DNA of 64,000 nucleotides, taken from positions 62,001 to 126,000 of the forward strand of contig MCFE01000088.1 in NCBI GenBank assembly GCA_002104905.1, read 5' to 3'. The position numbers and the translations under genes were made by a program. Source of the stretch: Basidiobolus meristosporus CBS 931.73. Its lineage: Eukaryota > Fungi > Basidiobolomycota. Shown here piece by piece: positions 62,686 through 64,000 of this stretch. Positions within the stretch are counted from its first letter, which is position 1. The number at the start of each line of letters is the position of its first letter. The notes beneath the pieces were generated by a model. That model did no database searches. It saw nothing but the letters and a program-made list of their open reading frames with translations, and was not told the origin of the DNA.

Positions 62686-63469
62686 TCTAGTGCTGAATGT
62701 TTTCCTCTCAAATTACTGATACTCATCGCCGGAATTATGCTTATAAATAGTGGCTCTGAAGGTTAACTGGGTCTGGAGCTGTCAAGAGTTACGTTAGACG
62801 AAATTAACGGAGGGTTGTTTGATACTGCTTTCGGCAATCGTGCTACAATTATCGACATTAAAATAGAAAATAGCATGGTTTTGAAAACCCGATACTAGCA
62901 GGATGCTTTACAAGGAATTATTATCGTATTGGCCACCTCCTGGATAATGAATTCTCTAACCTGAGCTAAGGTAGCGGGTTTGACAGAATTACTGAAGAGT
63001 CTGGAGTATTTTTACCTGTTTGGTCTAATTTAGGATAAAGTGATGGTAACATTAACGTAGGTCGTACCGGGTACCTCATAACTCGATTTTATAGGTATGA
63101 CTACAACATTATTTGACATAGCACAACCGCACCCTTGACGTCGAGAACTCTCATGTACGCTATATTTTGCTTTGAAATTCAGTAGTCTTGTAATCCTGAT
63201 GTTTTGTGCAGTGTAAAGATCCTAAATCTTCAAAACATCGTGAGGCTACTCGTAAAATAATCAAGATCCAAGAATTAGTACCTAAACACGCCTTCTTCTA
63301 TTTCCATCACTATTCTTGGTGATCATCAACAGAAGTTCAATTCATTCGAGTATAGAATATCGAAATGTCGTCCCAAAACATCTGAAAAAATTCTGGAAAA
63401 TAATATTTATTTACTTCATTAAGTGGCTTGAATACTAGCAAGGATTATTCTTATTATACTATGAAATGA

Positions 63470-64000
63470 TTAGCAGTTGCGGGGGTTGCGAGCACACCAC
63501 AATGGCTGCAAGGGCTCAGCTCCAATGCCACGATCCACTAGACGAGCTCTTTGCTCATGGATACGTGGGAACACATCGCCAGTCTTGCGAATAGTGCCGT
63601 CAGCAAGCTTGATGTCCGACCAGAGGACTTCGGCGGCCGCAGCGCCACGAGGCCACAAGACACGATCAAGGTTGATGCCATCGATTGCTTCGGCCCAGAG
63701 ACCAACCTCACCACCGAGGACAAGCTTGGACTGTTCCTTGGTCATGTTGGCGGTGAGGTCGTAGTTGTAAACAACCTGCCAACCCTTGTAAGGATCGCAC
63801 CATGAGTTGCCTTGGCTGTCACTGATCCAGGCACCACGACCACAGTCAAGATACCATCTCTCGTAGCTGGTGGAGATCACTCGATTTCCTGCCTCAACTA
63901 CCTTGATGGCATCAGCGGCACCGAGCCATACTTGGACGGCAACATCCTTTCCGATGGGGATGTGGTGGCTGGTCAAGGCCTCTTGCCAGGTGATTGGAGT
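63470..64000 (-). CDS. GH20 copy D, 3' part only (runs off the window)
   Basis: C-terminal residues match copy C through QPLWCARNPRNC. Confidence 0.93.
   Translation of the reverse strand, partial: TPITWQEALTSHHIPIGKDVAVQVWLGAADAIKVVEAGNRVISTSYERWYLDCGRGAWISDSQGNSWCDPYKGWQVVYNYDLTANMTKEQSKLVLGGEVGLWAEAIDGINLDRVLWPRGAAAAEVLWSDIKLADGTIRKTGDVFPRIHEQRARLVDRGIGAEPLQPLWCARNPRNC

Noticed and set aside
56224-64000. Bacterial horizontal origin of the intronless GH20 genes
   Set aside because: WVWPLP start, YLDCG and QPLWC ending are typical of eukaryotic HexA-type GH20; codon use matches neighbours.

Overview
Eukaryotic window, most likely from an early-diverging fungus (Zoopagomycota/Mucoromycota-like proteins, 55-70 nt GT-AG introns; the taxon cannot be fixed from sequence alone). 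It has two sharply separated compartments. (1) Positions 1 to about 38,725 are a strongly CpG-depleted block of nested transposons: an intact, very young Ty3/gypsy element (9764-14701, identical 368-bp LTRs, one 1377-aa ORF), a full-length decayed Ty1/copia element (28933-33611), a full-length decayed CMC/CACTA-type DNA transposon with two divergent ORFs (22630-28427), and many older fragments and LTRs of the same three families. (2) From about 38,775 onward is a CpG-rich gene island: an SLC25 mitochondrial carrier, a coiled-coil protein, three U5 snRNA genes, a peroxisomal 4CL-like acyl-CoA ligase, UTP10, an ankyrin/RVxF protein and a tandem array of at least four secreted GH20 beta-N-acetylhexosaminidases. 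The most notable observation is the U5 cluster: all three otherwise unalignable promoters carry TCCCAYAA at -62/-63 and WATAAA at -33, and all three share a downstream ATCAAWYTTCAAA motif, an architecture resembling plant USE+TATA snRNA promoters. Several single-base frameshifts in host genes, including essential UTP10, suggest residual assembly errors. All alignments and counts were done by eye.
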